In this document: piece by piece, positions 63,437-64,000 of the stretch | Numbering within the stretch: position 1 is the stretch's first letter | How the letters are laid out: each line of letters begins with the position of its first letter | Made by a program: the position numbers and the translations under genes | The notes under the pieces: generated by a model | The model's database searches: none | What the model was told of the DNA's origin: nothing | Seen by the model: only the letters and a program-made list of their open reading frames with translations | Assembly: GCF_003918875.1 (NCBI RefSeq) | Contig: NW_025767002.1 | Span: forward strand, 372,001-436,000 | DNA length: 64,000 nt | From: Haliotis rubra | Taxonomy: Eukaryota | Direction of reading: 5' to 3'

Positions 63437-63683
63437 CCCTTGAAGATCTGGTTAGAATTGGTCTCCAGTAACCCATGCTTGTCGTAAGAGGCGACTAACG
63501 GGATCGGTGGTCAGGCTCGCTGACTTGGTTGACACAATCATGTGATCATATCCCCATTGCGAATATCGATGCGCATGCACTGCAGTTGATCACTGGGTTG
63601 TCTGGTCCAGACTTGATTATTTACATACGACTGCCATATAGCTGGAATATTGTTGAGTGTGGCGTAAAACAACAAACCAAACC
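63437..63683 (+). mobile_element. SINE family B, full length
   Basis: Head hairpin, TGTCGTAAGAGGCGACTAA motif and tail. Confidence 0.8.
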
Positions 63684-64000
63684 ATATCCTTCATGCTAGT
63701 TTTAAGTTTACATCTGTGATGCTTATAATCTAGATATTTTATTGCCCTTCGTCGACAGATATTTGTATTGTCTAAGTTTATTTTTAATATACAACTCCCA
63801 TAGTCACTATATGGCTGAGATACTGCCAATGTGACTATAAATTTAACTCACTCACTCAATCCAACTCCTTCTCTTTCTTCTCTTTTAGAAATCTCATGTA
63901 TATTTCTACAAGCTCACTGAAACACTTGTGATGATGATTTGTTTTGTGAATATTTATCAAAATATACTGCAAATCTGTTTTAAAATTAATTGAAATTGAT

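Overview
Eukaryotic, repeat-rich animal DNA, probably a mollusc and possibly an abalone-like gastropod (inferred from the SINE types only). (1) 1-5.3 kb: a 19-bp minisatellite, a probable terminal coding exon (+), and an 86-bp tandem repeat that has amplified that exon's last codons and stop. (2) 8.5-50.9 kb: a cluster of an unrecognised 3-exon gene family encoding a ~265-aa protein with a duplicated 43-aa N-terminal module (RRLTMSECEGF...FHDxVPKHVTIKP), a coiled coil and a basic amphipathic C-terminal tail. There are nine copies or fragments: three intact (C, D, I), two full-length but disrupted (A, G), three orphan tandem terminal exons (B, E, F) and one relic (H). They sit in ~18-19 kb segmental duplications with nested 2.85-kb tandem units. 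Exon 2 is a chimera of exon 3 and exon 1. (3) 55.3 kb onward: a housekeeping-type promoter and probable intron. Throughout are three SINE families plus a tail-only family sharing a covarying 3' stem-loop, LINE and Tc1 relics, and MITEs. All calls are by eye; no database search was run.
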